Source: the human T2T-CHM13v2.0 reference genome, Homo sapiens
Reading direction: 5' to 3' (one strand)
Length of the DNA stretch: 64,000 nt
Assembly: GCF_009914755.1 (NCBI RefSeq)
Contig: NC_060926.1
Both the position numbers and the translations under genes were made by a program. The notes below the pieces were generated by a model that was given only the letters and a program-made list of their open reading frames with translations, was not told the origin of the DNA and did not search any database. Positions 1-14,132 of the stretch are shown here, piece by piece. How positions within the stretch are numbered: the stretch's first letter is position 1; each line of letters opens with the position of its first letter.

Positions 1-49
1 AGCAGAGGAAAAAACGATGGGAGCTCACACAGGACCAAAAATTATTACT

Positions 50-2380
50 GTACTGTTCTTTAAGCCAGAAGCAAAATAATACCAGATGGAAATCCATCTG
101 GTACAGAGGACTGAGGAGCACAGGAAATGGTTTCTTTTTAACTGGTAAATATAAACAATTACTTTTTGTTATACAAATACTTTTGAAGGGCAATTGACTA
201 TTTAAATCAATAGTAATAACAAAGTGTTGGAATTTGTAGCATGTAAAAGTAAAATGTGGATGATAATATAGCTCAAAAGGGCAGGAGAGAAAAATGAAAG
301 TGTATTGTTGAGAAATTGAACTGAAAAACAAAGCAAAAAAGAAAACAAATAGTAAGATGGTAAATTTCAATTCAACTGTATCAATATTCACAGTAAATGT
401 GAAATATTTCAATTAAAAGGCAGACAATATCAGATGGCTAAATAAGTAAGGCCTAACTCCATATGTCATATAAGATACACGCTTAAAATGTAAAGACACA
501 AGTAAAGTAAAAGGATAGAAAAAGATATGCCTGATAACACTAATCTAAAAAAGCTATAGTCTGTTTAATATCATATAAAGCAGATTTCAGAGCAAAAATG
601 TATGTATTTTCATGGAAAAGTGGTAATTGCATATAAAAAAGAGTTATATGCAACTCTTTTTTAAAGAGTTATAAAAGAGGACATACAAATTCCCAACATT
701 TATGCACCTAAAACAGAGCTTCAAAACACATAAAGCAAAAACTAATAGAACTGTAAGAAGAGACAAATCCACAACTATATTTGGTCTATACATTTACCAA
801 CATAGACTATATTGTGAGTTGTAAAGCTGTCTAAGTAAATGTAAAAGAAAAACAAAGTATGTTCTCCTTTGGTGGAATTAAACTGAAAAACAATTTCAGA
901 ATAATATTTAAAAATCTTTAAGATTTGAAAACTAAATGATACACTTCTAAGTTATCCATGAAAAGTATCATAAGAAAAATTAGAAAATATTTTATATAAA
1001 AGATAATTAAAATCATAATATGTAAAATATTATTGAACACGGCAAAGTAGTTCTCAAAGAGAAATTTATAGCACAAACATCTATATCCGTGAAGAAGAAA
1101 TGTTTGAAATTAAAGACCTCACATTCTGTCTAAAGAAACTAGCAAAAGAACAAACAAAATCAAAGTTAAAAGAATAAAAGTAGTAATAAAAATCAAAGTG
1201 AGAGTGAAATCAATGAATTAGAAAACAGAAAAAAATAAATAAAATCAATCAAACCTAAAACTAGTTCTTTGGGATGATGAATAAAATTGACAAACCTATT
1301 TCCAGATATATCAGGACAAACAGAAAGAAGCCAATAATAATCAGTAGCAGGAAAGAGACAGGTGATATGATTTCACATTCTACAGATACTAAATAGCTAA
1401 GAAGGGAATGTTATGAAAAATATTTTTCCAGCATTTCTGACAGTTTACATGAAATAGACAAATTCTTGGGAAAAGAACAAATAAAAAACAATGCCCACAC
1501 AAAAAGGAATAGATAGTCAGCATACCCCTATGTGTATTACAGAAATTGAATGTTTAGTTGAAAACCTTCCTACAACAAAACTCTAGCTCCAGACGGCTTC
1601 CCTGGTACATTACATAAAATTGTTAAAGAAAAAAAATACTACTTCTATATAAGGTTTTATCAAAAATTGTGGAGGAAGAAATAACATTCCAACTCATTGT
1701 ATGAGACCAGCAGCACTCTGATACCAAATTCAGATTAAGACATTTCAAGAAAACACAATTACATATCAATATATCTTAGGAACATAGATGCAAAAAATTT
1801 TAACAAACATTTAAAAAAATCAAGACTTACCATACATAAAAAGATGTCACACTGTTACCAATTTCATGGTTTATTTCAGGAATGCAACATTTGTTTACCA
1901 TTCACAAATTTAAAAATATAATTCTTTGTATTAACAGACTAAAAAGGAAATCCATGATCATTTCAATAGATGCAGAAAAATATTTGACAACATTTGTGTT
2001 CTATTCCTGATAAAATATATCAGCAAATTGGGTATGGAATGGAACTACCTTTCTCTGATGAAAAGTGTCTATGAAAAAACCCAGAAACAATATCATACTT
2101 GATTCTGAAAAATATAATGCTCTTTCTCTAAGACCTGGATCGAAGCAAGAATATTCACTCTCAGCACTTTCATTCATGCCTATTCAATATTGTTCTAGCC
2201 ATTGCCACAGGAAAGAAAAGAAGATAAAGATAAGTTATTGGAAAGCAGGTAATTTGTCTTAAATTATCTTAATTTTTAGATTGTTAAAATCTATGAAATC
2301 TACACGAAAGCTTCTAGAACAAATAAATATATTGAACAGATTGCAAAATGCAAAATCAATTTACCATTTTTGTGTGTTTT
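50..2380 (+). mobile_element. Old L1M (L1MC/MD-like) fragment: ORF1 end, inter-ORF region, degenerate ORF2 EN/RT
   Basis: A-rich degenerate ORF2 homology, e.g. aattaaaaggcagac (411), gatcatttcaatagatgcagaaaaatatttgacaa (~1957); many stops; ends approximate. Confidence 0.8.
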
Positions 2381-5300
2381 TTATACTTTTAATCAACAAT
2401 GATTGGAGGGAAACTATCAGCGGAAAAACTGGGAAAAGAGCTGTGCATGATGACCCCCCACAGGAGTTATTGGACGGGGCATATTGGTCTATACTGCCCA
2501 GGGTTCTGGAAATAAACAGAAAAGTCAAACATCAGGTGAAGTAGGAGAGTTCGTGGCATGAGGGAAGTTTGTGGCGTATTTTGTATACTTCCTACCACTA
2601 TTTTTCTGTCTTTTCAAATTTGTTGAACTTCATTGATAGTTTCCCATGTGTTAAGCTTTGTTATGTAATATATTTGAATGTCTTTTCATTTTTATTATAA
2701 TTCTTAAAATGTGTAAAAACATGTATCTTTAAAAGGAATTAATATTTCCAAATTTACAATTTACTTGACCATGGAAATTTTTATTTTCCTCAGCTCCATA
2801 TCGCCTACATGAAAGTTCGTTCATGAAGCTTGACACTTCTCTCCATGCCCAGGACAATGTAGATCAGTATGCCCATTCCACCTCACTCTTCTAGGTGACA
2901 ATCATACAGCTTGTCTATTTCTTCTAGTTCCATCCCAATTATTTTGTTGAATGGTTTCCTTTAAACCATCAAGAAATGAAAAGTCACATGAAATACCACT
3001 ATCAGAAATAATTACAGTTAACATGGTGGAACATCCTGCTGGTAATGACATAATACACACATGTACATGTACATGTATGCAAGCAATTCCACATAAAGTG
3101 GTTCATACAATAAATATGCCATCAAACTTGACAATGTAAAAATATATGTACAAATAACAGAAGTGCAAATCTAAGTAGTTAAGGAGATAGTAAAACTATG
3201 GCAGCTATTACTTTCTTCTTAAGGAAATTGAAGTGTGCTATGCTATTGAATGAACACACACACACTCACAAAAGTATAAATACACTAAAAGTGTAGTTGA
3301 AAGCTGTTACCAAAAATACCAAAACCCAAACTGGCTACTAGTGACATAGCTGAACTAGTAGAGTGTAGGAAAAAAAGGGTGTATATGTGTGTTTTGGGAG
3401 AGGGAGTTTGATATGTAGTAATCCCTACCTATTATATCACTTAGTCATTAATAATATCTAAAGTAGATCAATCAAGAAAAAGATCAATGTACCATATTAT
3501 TTGAAGACATATAGTAAGCAGCAGAAAAATGGAAGAGAGCAAGAGGCGTAACAGATTCCCTATGATGTGTGGATATAGATAGTGTAAATTAAATATCTAA
3601 ATTAAACAAAAGACAGCAGAATAATGCCTAAAATCAATTATTCTGATGATACGTTAAAAAGTAAACAAAGTAAACAATATTTAAAATTTTTTTTCAACTT
3701 TTAAAATAAAACTGTACACAATGCACTGAATATTTAATTATTTAATTACTGTAATGTTTCTATGTATTACTTAGAGCTAATAATGTTGTCATTCCATTTT
3801 CACACTTGTACCTAGAATTTCATTCTTTGGTTAACTGCTTTGGGCAGTGAGGTTATCTAGTATTGTTGTTCCTGAGTTGAAGAAAAAACTTCTACTCTCT
3901 CACTTGTGCATAAACGTAACATTGTGGGTTTCTATGTGTGTCTGTGTGGTGGAGGGGAGAAGTTAATGAAGAAACCACCTATTTTTAAAAGGGTTTTTTA
4001 TCAGCAATAAAGTAGAATTTAATCATTTATTTGATTCACAAAAATAATATAGTTGCTAAGAAAAATGAATCTATGTTTTAAAAAAAAATCAGCCGTAAAA
4101 TTATAGATGACTGTCTATTCTTCAAATTTTGTAGTCTATTAGTTTTTCTGAAGGGGCCGGTTAGAAAGCCCTGTTTCTGAGAATAGGGACTCAATGTATA
4201 TAATAAAGATTAACACCAAGAAGGCTTATAATTGAGTTTCAGTTCTTCAAGCTAAGTATTGGCATATTGGACAAGTGACCAAGGAGTACAAATCTCTAAA
4301 TGGCTACAAGTAAGTTCAAATCTAAATTCCCATTAAAATGAATGGGCATTTTAAAATTGACATCTGTTAATGCTATTGTATTGTAGTGCTGCAGACTCAA
4401 ACAAGAATGTTTGTAATAGCTCCCTTAAAGGAGGTGGCTTATCAATACAAAGAAGATTAATTAACTTCTAAATAAACATTAAGTTTACTTTGTTAATACT
4501 GCAGAAATATTGCAAAATCATTTATTAAAAATCATCTCTACCATTATTTGTTCATTTAAAGGAGAATAATATACCTGTCTTAGGAATTAATTTTGTATTT
4601 ATATCAACTTTCAAAAAATGATTTGAGAAAAAGTATTAAAATTATATATTGTCATATGTTTAATAAAAATCAAACAAGGAATTGAGAAGAAAGGAAGAAA
4701 GAGGAAATAAACACAACAATGTTGGAGTACATTAACAATGCAATTTGCATAAGTTGTAATTCTGAACTCTCTGGAACCAAGGGCAAAAAGGGAAATGTAT
4801 TGATTTCATATATCAGAGAAGCAAGTTAAATTTTTAAGACAGAAATATTTTTAAAATAAATTCTAAAAAAATTGTCTTGTATGAGACCTTATAAGTTGAT
4901 ATTGACAATTAACATTGTCATTTTAAATCCCTACTATTTGAATATCCTATGTAATGACATTCAAATTAAAGATTTATGACAAACATAGAAATAACTTGTA
5001 TTTGATTGTTTCTTATTAAGAACCTCAAAGTCAAGATAAAATATTAAAATGCAACTGAGTGAAAATGATGTTGTAGAGAAAGTTAATGTACAACCAATAT
5101 TTAGTTTTTCAGTAAATTAACTATGCAGAAATAGAAGTTAGAATAGCTGATGTTCAATAGCAAATAAAAGTATCTACTGTGTCATTTTGGGTTTTGAGGA
5201 ACCCTAGCTCTCTATCAAATTATTTAAATTGTATAATTATTTTCTTCTACAACAATTTTTAAACATAAATAGTATTCAAGTCATCATCACTGGTGCTGGG

Positions 5301-7749
5301 GGACACAAAAGTGGAAGACATCGTTGATTATGGTATTCAATCAACACAGTATACACTAAGGTCTTACCAGCTAAGAGAAGACAAAATTGTGGTGATGCTA
5401 GCTCAAGTCAAAATTACAGAAGGAGATTCACTGTCTCTGTTAATACTACTCTCTAGACTAAGGGCCACTCCCCCTACTCCATCATGGCTGATCCACCTCC
5501 TTCCAATCTTGCCTAATCTGGGGTGGGTTCAAGAGGGGACATGTGGCACGGCTCTCAAGGCAGCTGGGTTTGGAGTTTCATCTACTCTTCTCAGGTTTCT
5601 AGTATTTTATTCCTGATCTGCTTGAGCACCAGGGTGTTTCTAATGGAACCTCTTAAAAAGTTTTAGCTTTATCTATTCAGTGATCAGACTTTTCTCCTAA
5701 TGATATCTTAAAATGAACCTTACATGCTGACTCATCACTTACAAATCTTCATGGATATGTGCCATCTTTGCGAAGTAGCTAAATTATCCCATAGAATTCC
5801 AGACTTTTTTTTCGCTGACCAGAGAGATTAGACTAAATGTGTTTTGGGAATTTCGAGATGAGGGACTAGAGATTCTGGAGAAAGTTGCAGTGGAGAAAGT
5901 TAAAGTAGAAATCAATTAGCAGAGCATGAGGCATAAGGAAACAATTGAAGAGTAAGATATCAAGGGAGGCCAAACAAATAATGGTTCATGTTGTAATTAG
6001 CATGTATATTGGGTTGACAGCTATTTGTAAAGCTGTAGACTTTTACCAAATGTATATAGGACATAAAATGGGATGCTCCTATTCTTCCTGCAATTGGGAA
6101 AATTCAATGGAATCACACTGGAGTGTATAAATACTTGAAGAAAAGGGATAATACATGATGAAAGATAATGCAGTAAACAAAAACAAGTGGCTATAAATTT
6201 TATCAGCATTATAAAGAGTGTCGTTATCTAAGAATAAATTCATGTCATGATGTGGACATCACCATAACCAGTATGGGTAGAATAAGAAGATATTATTGCC
6301 TATATTATCCAAGAGACAAATACTTTAATGTCATTCTCAAGTGGCCTCCTTTTTCTCCTTTTGTTTCAGTTAATGTCAAAAATTGCAGGAAGCTTCCAAA
6401 AGAATTTATGAGGTGTTTTTAGTTTTTTAAATTTTCTCTCCCATGTTAAAAGTGATTCAATACATACCTGAGGAATTGATGGTTAACATATAAATTATCA
6501 TCAGTATTAATAGTCTTTCATTTGAATACCATTGGGTATTAAAATAATAGAAATTTTAAATGTCTAGGGCCTTGATTCCAGATGTTTCTGAATCTTTGAT
6601 AAGGGAACATAAATTGGTAGATGCAAACTCCTTTCTCTCTCTTTCTGAGTCTTTTGGTTTAATCAAAAGATAGAATGAACACCTAAGAGATTAAATAGCC
6701 TGAGACCAAATACCACAGTTATTTTAGCATATAGGGGAAAAAAAAGAAGAGCATTTGAGGCTAGAAAGAAAGTAGGGTTTAGGCGGTGAAAAGATGAATT
6801 GTACTGAGCATGAGTTGTCAGACGTAAAAAAAAAAAATGGAGAAAGTTGCTTATCAGATCTAACTTCTATTCCTTTCCTACATCTGCTACTTCCTTGGGC
6901 TTCAGTGTTACATCTATAAAATCAACAGGATCACAATTTATCTGAAAATAGTGGCATCAACTAGCTGATAATTTGAAGACTTTTCTAAACCAAGACTTTT
7001 ATGAGTCAGAAAACAGAGTTAATAGACCTCCACAGGAAATGTAAAAATACACAGTTTTTATTTGAAGTTTTGCAAATAAAAATAAATTCTAAATTTTGAA
7101 ATGAAAAAATCATACTATGATAAATTGATAGTTCTAGTCTGTGACAATAATAAAAGAATAAAAGTATACTGGACCCCAAATATATTAAAATTATCATAAT
7201 TAAATAGCCTTCTTGTTACTATATAGCCATTAAAAATCATGCAGAGCATGTAACTTTTTTTATTGGCTTGTAATTTAGCCATTGCTCTTATTTTTAAATT
7301 TTAATGACTGTGTTTTAACCCTTCCTATAAGGTCCAGAGAACTCTCATTTTCTTTTCTATAACAACAGGAACATTCTACATGTAAAATTAGGACAGGTGT
7401 ACTTGGCAAACTCTGTGGTTGATAAAAGGTTGCTTTCAGGTGATTTCATCATGAATTGACTTTACAGTTACCGACGAGTTTTAAAAAGAATGTAGCTTTT
7501 GGGTAAATATTCTTAGATTAAGGATTACTCTTAAAGGATATTATCACTCACTTCTATGTATTATAGAATACATCTTAAAATGTATTATATATAGAATTAG
7601 AAATGTACATACTCCAAGAACCAGAAAAATGAAGATGTGGTCATGAGCATTATGCAGCTATTATCTCAAATGCAGAAACCATTCCTAATAAATGGTTTAT
7701 TCAGAAATAAAAACACAGGATTGGAAAACATTTAAGGAAATTGGGCACT

Positions 7750-7900
7750 AATTATAAACATTTATTAAGTCCTGATAATATGCCAAAAATTGTGCCAAGT
7801 GCTAAAATACAGAGATGAATAAGATTCAGCCCTTGTCTTCTTGGAACATATGTCCTAGCTGAAGAGACAGGCACACAAGAATGGTGATATAATATGCTAA
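7750..7900 (-). mobile_element. L2 3'-end fragment
   Basis: aaacatttattaagtcc...tgtgccaagtgctaaaatacagagatgaataag resembles the L2 3' terminus in reverse. Confidence 0.55.
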
Positions 7901-9567
7901 ATGCCATGCTGGTTTTTTTACAAAATCATAAGGATGCAAGTGTCTCTCCTGCTCCCGTCAAGCACGAGTGCACCCAGACCTTTGAAGAACAATAGCAGCT
8001 ATCTTGTTTCTAAGAGATTCCAGAAAAGGGTGGCTAGTGGGGAGCTGGTCCATCATATCACTCAGAGAGGATTCCCTACTAAATATGCTCACTGACAGGT
8101 TAGTTTTCTTTGTATCCCCTGTGGATCGTTTTCTTTCTCAATGGGGAAGTTGATTCAATGATCTAATTATAGTACATTTTCATGTTGGAGACGATAAGTA
8201 AATGGTTGCCAACTAAGAGATGTAATTTGGCAGCAATGCACGAGAGAGCATGATCTTCAAATTATGTTACTTCTTTGAATTAGCGAGAAGACAATGGTAA
8301 TAAATGAAGGTCTTAGTATAAGGCTTTAATGCCACCTTTAAGATTGCAGAATTAAATGTATAATCTAGGTTGCTATTTTGTCCCACATATATCAGAATTG
8401 GGTTAACTGAACAAATTATTTTTAAGGTTTTTCTATTGTAAATAGGATCCCAAATTAGTGTAATAGTGCAAAACCTACTAACTAGTTTGTAGTAAAATCA
8501 CCTTTAACAGAGAATTTATTTTAAAATTTCGGAAAACAAATATTTGAGACTACACATTCTCGGGGTCTGCTAAATATCTGCACTGGTTATATACAGTACT
8601 AAATTCCCCTGTTGATAATCTATCTTGATGTCAAGTTCCCAACCCACAAGAGGGCCACCATTGGTGATGCACATCACACAGAGAACAGGGAATCATTTCC
8701 TTCTGCTCTCCGTTTCTTTCCAGCATCCCGCTGCCAAATATAAAAACCCCACTGGTTGATGTATCACCCATTTTACAGTAAATATCCTTGCCTTGAAGAG
8801 CCATTCTGGTTAGTGGCCTTTTAAATATATTGAATAGTTTCAGAGAAATAAAACAATCTAATTATATTCTCCTCTTTTAATAAGTACACATATTGTATTC
8901 TCAGTCAATAATAACCTCAACTTGTAATTCTGTAAATTAAGATATTTCCTTCCTCAGCCAAAGCAGATGTTGTGTTTGTTCCATCTTAACAACTCACATT
9001 TCATTTATGACTACAATTATCTCAATGTTGTCAATTGTTATTTAATATACAATGAAATGCCCTTGCTCCTTAAATCTATTATAAGCTCTTTGAAGACAAG
9101 AATTATGTATTAGGAACCACCACTACCTAATCCAGATGTTTACAGATAGTAAGTACAGAAACAACTACTTAATTATGATGACCAAAAATAAATTGAGACT
9201 ATTATGAATAAGATTTCTTATTTTAAGAATTGTGGAAGACACTGAAACATGTCCAGATGTGTTTATTATGAGCAAAATTGGGTCATTAATCTGCAAATCT
9301 CTAACCAATAATATTAATTAAGTTTCTAAACATCTTGCTAAAGTATAATTACCCACACTTTACAGAGTAGGGAAAGAGGCAGATGGCAATAATGTACTAG
9401 GCCCTACTTAGATACTTTTATTACACAGTAATAAAATGGAAATCAAGCATGCTCTCTGGAAGAAAATGTCTACATCAGCTATTTTGACCTGTCTCTAGTG
9501 TCAGCTGTATGAATAGCCCTGATAAAATGACATTTTTTTTCAAGATGATCTTTTTTCCTTTATAATA

Positions 9568-9790
9568 GTGTAGAACAGTGGTTAAAAGGATCATCTGAGT
9601 CAATCAGATTTAGACTCAAATTCCTGTTCTACTTACCAGTTGTAAGACCTCAGCAAGTCACTAAACCTTTCTGTTCTTCAGTTCCTTCATCTGTAAAATG
9701 GAGAATAACCATGCCTACTTTCAAGAGTCATTGTGAGGATTACAAGAGATCATGTGCAAAAAGCATCCAGAACATGCAATATTATCAGAA
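9568..9790 (+). mobile_element. MIR SINE
   Basis: MIR core: caagtcactaaacctttctgttcttcagttccttcatctgtaaaatgg...tgtgaggatta. Confidence 0.8.
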
Positions 9791-10149
9791 ATGACAATTA
9801 ATAGTACTAAGGGCACATCAAATCTGCTCTCTTTTACAATTCATAAAATTGTATTTCTTTGACTGAAAGAACTCTGTAGGTTGTGGTCAGAGAATGTTTT
9901 AGAAAACCTTCATTTTTCTCCAGATGCTGTTTCACCACTGCCATTTAATGAATTGTAATGCCTAATAAAAGGCAACAAAGTTTTCCATTTCTCTGGATTC
10001 CATTTTCCTCAACTATAAAATGGTATAGGACAATCTCTAAGAAACCTTTGAATATATTCTTGTACTCAGAGTACTCATGAGTACCTTCGTCCAACATCTC
10101 CTCAGACTCCTGTTTGGTGTTATTTTTGTGCAAAGTGTCATTAACATGA

Positions 10150-10352
10150 TTATTAGCCGAAATTTAACTAGTACTTACTCTGAGTCAGTCACCAGGCAGG
10201 TATTTTACATAGATTCTCTCATTTAATCCTAATAATTACTTTACTGCATAGATCAGAAAATAGAGCCTCAAGAATGTTATGTAACTTGTCCAAGCTCATA
10301 CGTACAACAAGCACATGTCAAAATAAAGTATAAGTCTTCATGACTCCAAAGC
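10150..10352 (-). mobile_element. MIR SINE
   Basis: ctcatttaatcct...atagatcagaaaatagagcctcaag...gtaacttgtccaag...tgactccaaagcc. Confidence 0.7.
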
Positions 10353-12079
10353 CATTGTACATTCTTTCTCTAATAAATTATTGCTCTCACTCTTATGCTT
10401 TCTGCTTTAACTTCTGTTCATCAAATCTGCCTCATCTCAGAATTCAGGAACATTTTTACCAACTATAGTACCAACTATCAAAATTAAAAAAAAATTAATG
10501 TCCCAAATATTTTGTAACCAAAAAAGTCCAGTTCAGAGCAATTGTGATATAGCATAGTACTAGGATTTAATCAACAAACACCAATATGTACTAAAAGATC
10601 AAAATAAAAATATATTATTAATAACAACTTGGTATAATGAAAGAACTCCAGCCTGCCCTCATTGAGTTAACCCATCGCTATTTTTACTACAGAGAAACTG
10701 TGAGTATGTTATACTACTTTCTTCAAAGTTTAAAAATACCCACTCCCCATACTTGCATTTCTTATGGCAACCCGATTTGGGCTTCACATTTAAGTATTAA
10801 TCTAAACCTATTTTTGAATTTATTTGAATTTTCTGCACTAGGATGATAAATACCTTAAATATCTTCCCAACCCATGTGTTTATAATTTCTTTTAAAATTT
10901 TTCTACATTTATGTCTCTTAAGCTTCAAGTGGTACACTCCTCTCTTTTTCCCTCCTCTAAATGGTGCTCTGGATTTTAATCACCGTTGGCCTTCATCTTT
11001 GTGATGATTAACACACACTAAGCTGCTTTTGATGGTTTCGTAAGCAATGTAATCAGTGGTTCACTTCCTTTGATGATGTCTGCTACTCTTCCCTGTGCCC
11101 CCGAGGATTCTTGTCTGTCTTTCTTGAGGTATAGTAACAACAATAGAAAATAGTACCCCAGGTGATACATTAGGGGGGATTTTGTACAATTGGATTTTCT
11201 TTTTTTGTTTTTTCCAATGCCCTTTTTTATTATTATTATAGTCAGCATTCTATTGGATGTTTTCTTCACAGAAATGTATTAAATTTTATTTTTATCAGAA
11301 TCTTAATATCTCTTGAGTATTATAATGAGCCCAGAATCCTATGTCCAGTTTGGATTATTTTACTCTCCAAATTGTACCTTGCATTTCTTTATATTGAAAT
11401 ACTTTTACCATCTTAACTATTTACTTGAAAATTCTTAAAAGATCTCCCTGAAATTTGTATCTATTGAATTGCCTGATTGCTACCCACTGGATTAAATCTT
11501 GCCATCAGATCACATTAAATTATTATAGAAGACTATTTGTAGGTCTTAAATATCAGCAAAACTTCTTCATTAACTCCCCAAGACCTTTAAATTCCCAAAT
11601 ATAAGATGCTCGGGGACAAGCTGTGACACCCGCCAAATTTGCAGCCTACCTGTTTCATTTTTGTTTACATACAAATGAAATTTGGAAATGAACAGCTTTA
11701 GTAACTATCAAGCAATTCCCAAACCCGAGCTTGATCCAAGAGCTTCAGAGCATAATATTATTAAAGGTTTATGAATCAGCTTGGACTTTTCTCCACACTG
11801 ACCCCTACTTACCCTCTGCCCTTTACTTCTGGGCAAAGATAAATTCTGCTTTTCACATAACATTTTATTATTTGTAATAACAACAATATTGTCAGAAAAT
11901 ATTAAATCATAGTAGCTAGGGTTATTTTCATGCGTGGCCTTACAGCTTATTAGCAGGAAGAAAAGTGGGAACCAAACACTGATACTAAAATATTAATTTG
12001 TAATAATTATACATTTCATTTTCAAAGCTCTTTACATTTTATAAGATACTTTCAAAAAATAATCTCAGAATAATTCAGA

Positions 12080-12257
12080 AGACAGATGACCTCGGTTTGA
12101 AAACTTGCACCATGTCTTAAACACTGTGTGGCTCTGGGAAAATTATTTAATATGTTTTGGTTTCCTCATCTGTAAATAGACTTAGATGATAACTGTACAC
12201 AACTCAAAGAATTGTTAAGAAGATTAAATGAGTAAAGGTTTAGAAAATGCTGAGGAC
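12080..12257 (+). mobile_element. MIR SINE, split by the L1 insertion; remainder at ~14149-14180
   Basis: gtttcctcatctgtaaa...gattaaatgag core; MIR-like 3' sequence resumes after the right TSD. Confidence 0.7.
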
Positions 12258-13653
12258 TTTGCCTACTTTTTAATGGGGTTGTTTGCTTTTTTTTCTTGTA
12301 AACTTGTTTAAGTTCCTTGTAGATTCTGGATATTAGACCTTTGTCAGATGGATATATTGCAAAAATTTTCTCCCACTCTAAGTTGCCTGTTCATTCTGAT
12401 GATAGTTTCTTTTGCTGTACAGAAGCTATTTAGTTAAATTAGATCCCATTTGTCAATTTTTGCATTTGTCGCAATTACTTTTGGTGATTTCATCATGAAA
12501 TCTTTGCCCATGCCTATGTCCTGAATGGTATTGCCTAGATTTTCTTAAAGAAGACATTCATACGGCCAACAAACATATGAATAAAAGCCCAACATCACTG
12601 ATCATTAGAGAAATACAAATCAAAACCACAATGAGATACAATCTCACACCAGTCAGAATGGTGATTATTAAAAAGTCAAGAAACAAAAGATGCTGATGAG
12701 GTTACAGAGAAATAGGAGCGCTTTTACACTATTTATGGGAATGTAAATTAGTCCAACCATTGTAGAAGATAATGTGGTAATTTCTCAAAGACCTAGAACC
12801 AGAAACACCATTTTACCCAACAATGCCATTACTGGGTATATACCCAAAGGAATATAAATCATTCTATTGCAAAGATACATGCATGTGTATGTTCATTGCA
12901 GCACTATTCACGATAGCAAAGACATGGAATCAACCCAAATGCCCTTCAGTGATAGACTGGATAAAGAAAATGTGGTACCGAGGTCAGGAGTTCGAGTCCA
13001 GCCTGGCCAACATGGTGAAATCCCATCTCTACTAAAAATATATTTTAAAAAATTATCCGGGCGTGTTGGCATGCACTTGTAATCCCAGCTAATTAGGAGG
13101 CTGAGGCAGAATTGCTTGAACTCAGGAGACAGAGGTTGCAGTGACCCAAGATCATGCCACTGCACTCCAGCCTGAGCAACAGAGTGAGACTCCGTCTCAA
13201 AAGAAAAAAAAGAAAAAAGAAGAAAAGAAAAGAAAAGAAAAGAAAATGTGGTACATATTCACCATCGAATACTATGCAGCCATAAAAAGAAGCGAGATCA
13301 TGTCATTTGCAGGGACATGGATGGAGTTGGAAGCCACTATCCTTAGCAAACTAACACAGGAACAGAAAATCAAACACCACATATTCTTACTTATAAGTGG
13401 CAGCTGAATAATGAGAACACAAGGACACAGAGAGGGGAACAACACATACTGGGGCCAGTCAGGGAATGGGGTGGGGGAAGAGAGAGCATTAGGAAAAAAG
13501 GCTAATGTATGCAGGGCTTAATACCTAGGTGATGTGTTGATAGGTGCAGCAAACCACCATGGCACATGTTTACCTACATAAAAAGCTGCATGTCCTGCAC
13601 AAGTACCCCACCCAGAACTTACAATTAAAATTAAAATTTAAAATTAAAAAAAA
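12258..13653 (+). mobile_element. 5'-truncated, 5'-inverted L1PA (approx. L1PA10-13); 12258-12546 inverted, 12547-13653 sense, with an Alu inside
   Basis: Antisense ORF2 segment then sense ORF2 end/3'UTR/A-rich tail; the two breakpoints are nearly contiguous on the L1 consensus; TSD agaaaatgctgaggac at 12242-12257 and 14133-14148. Confidence 0.9.
12979..13238 (+). mobile_element. 5'-truncated AluS inserted in the L1
   Basis: Starts at cgaggtcaggagttcgag; A/GAAAA tail; TSD aaagaaaatgtggtac at 12963-12978 and 13239-13254. Confidence 0.93.
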
Positions 13654-13664
13654 GAAGAACAGAA

Positions 13665-14020
13665 TTTTATCCAGCTAGTAGAAAAAGAAGTCAGAGAGAT
13701 TGGAGCATAAGAGCGATTCAAAAGGAGTTGCTTCATTGCTTAGATGGAGGGGGCCACATGGAAGCACCTCAAAGTAGAAGTGAAAACGAATCCAGCCAAC
13801 AACAACAGGGACCTCAGAAAAACCTACAGCAGTACGGACTGACTTCTGCCAGCAACCTGAGTGCACTTGGAAGGGGACCCTGAGCTCCAGATGAGAAGGC
13901 AGCTCCAGCTGACACCTTAATTTCAGCATTGTGAAAGCCAAGCAGAGAGCTAGCTAACCTGTACTTAGCCTCCTGACCCACAGGTACTAAGAGATAATAA
14001 ATAGATGGTGTTTTAAACTG
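13665..14020 (+). mobile_element. MLT1 (MaLR) LTR fragment lacking its 3' end, probably transduced
   Basis: ttctgccagcaacctgagtgcacttggaag...gctgacaccttaatttcagc...gagataataaatagatggtgttttaa are MLT1 motifs. Confidence 0.8.
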
Positions 14021-14132
14021 GAAAGATGGAAGGAAGGAAGGAAGCAAGGAAGGAAGGAAGGAAGGAAGGAAGGAAGGAGGGAGGGAGGGAGGGAGGGAGG
14101 AAGGAAGGAAGGAAGGAGGGAAGGAAGGAAGG
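14021..14132 (+). repeat. (GGAA)n/(GGGA)n polypurine microsatellite
   Basis: Directly visible. Confidence 0.97.

Noticed and set aside
4400-5640. Possible ancient repeat or LTR fragments and the 107-aa ORF at 5293
   Set aside because: Could not assign a family or homolog from the sequence alone.
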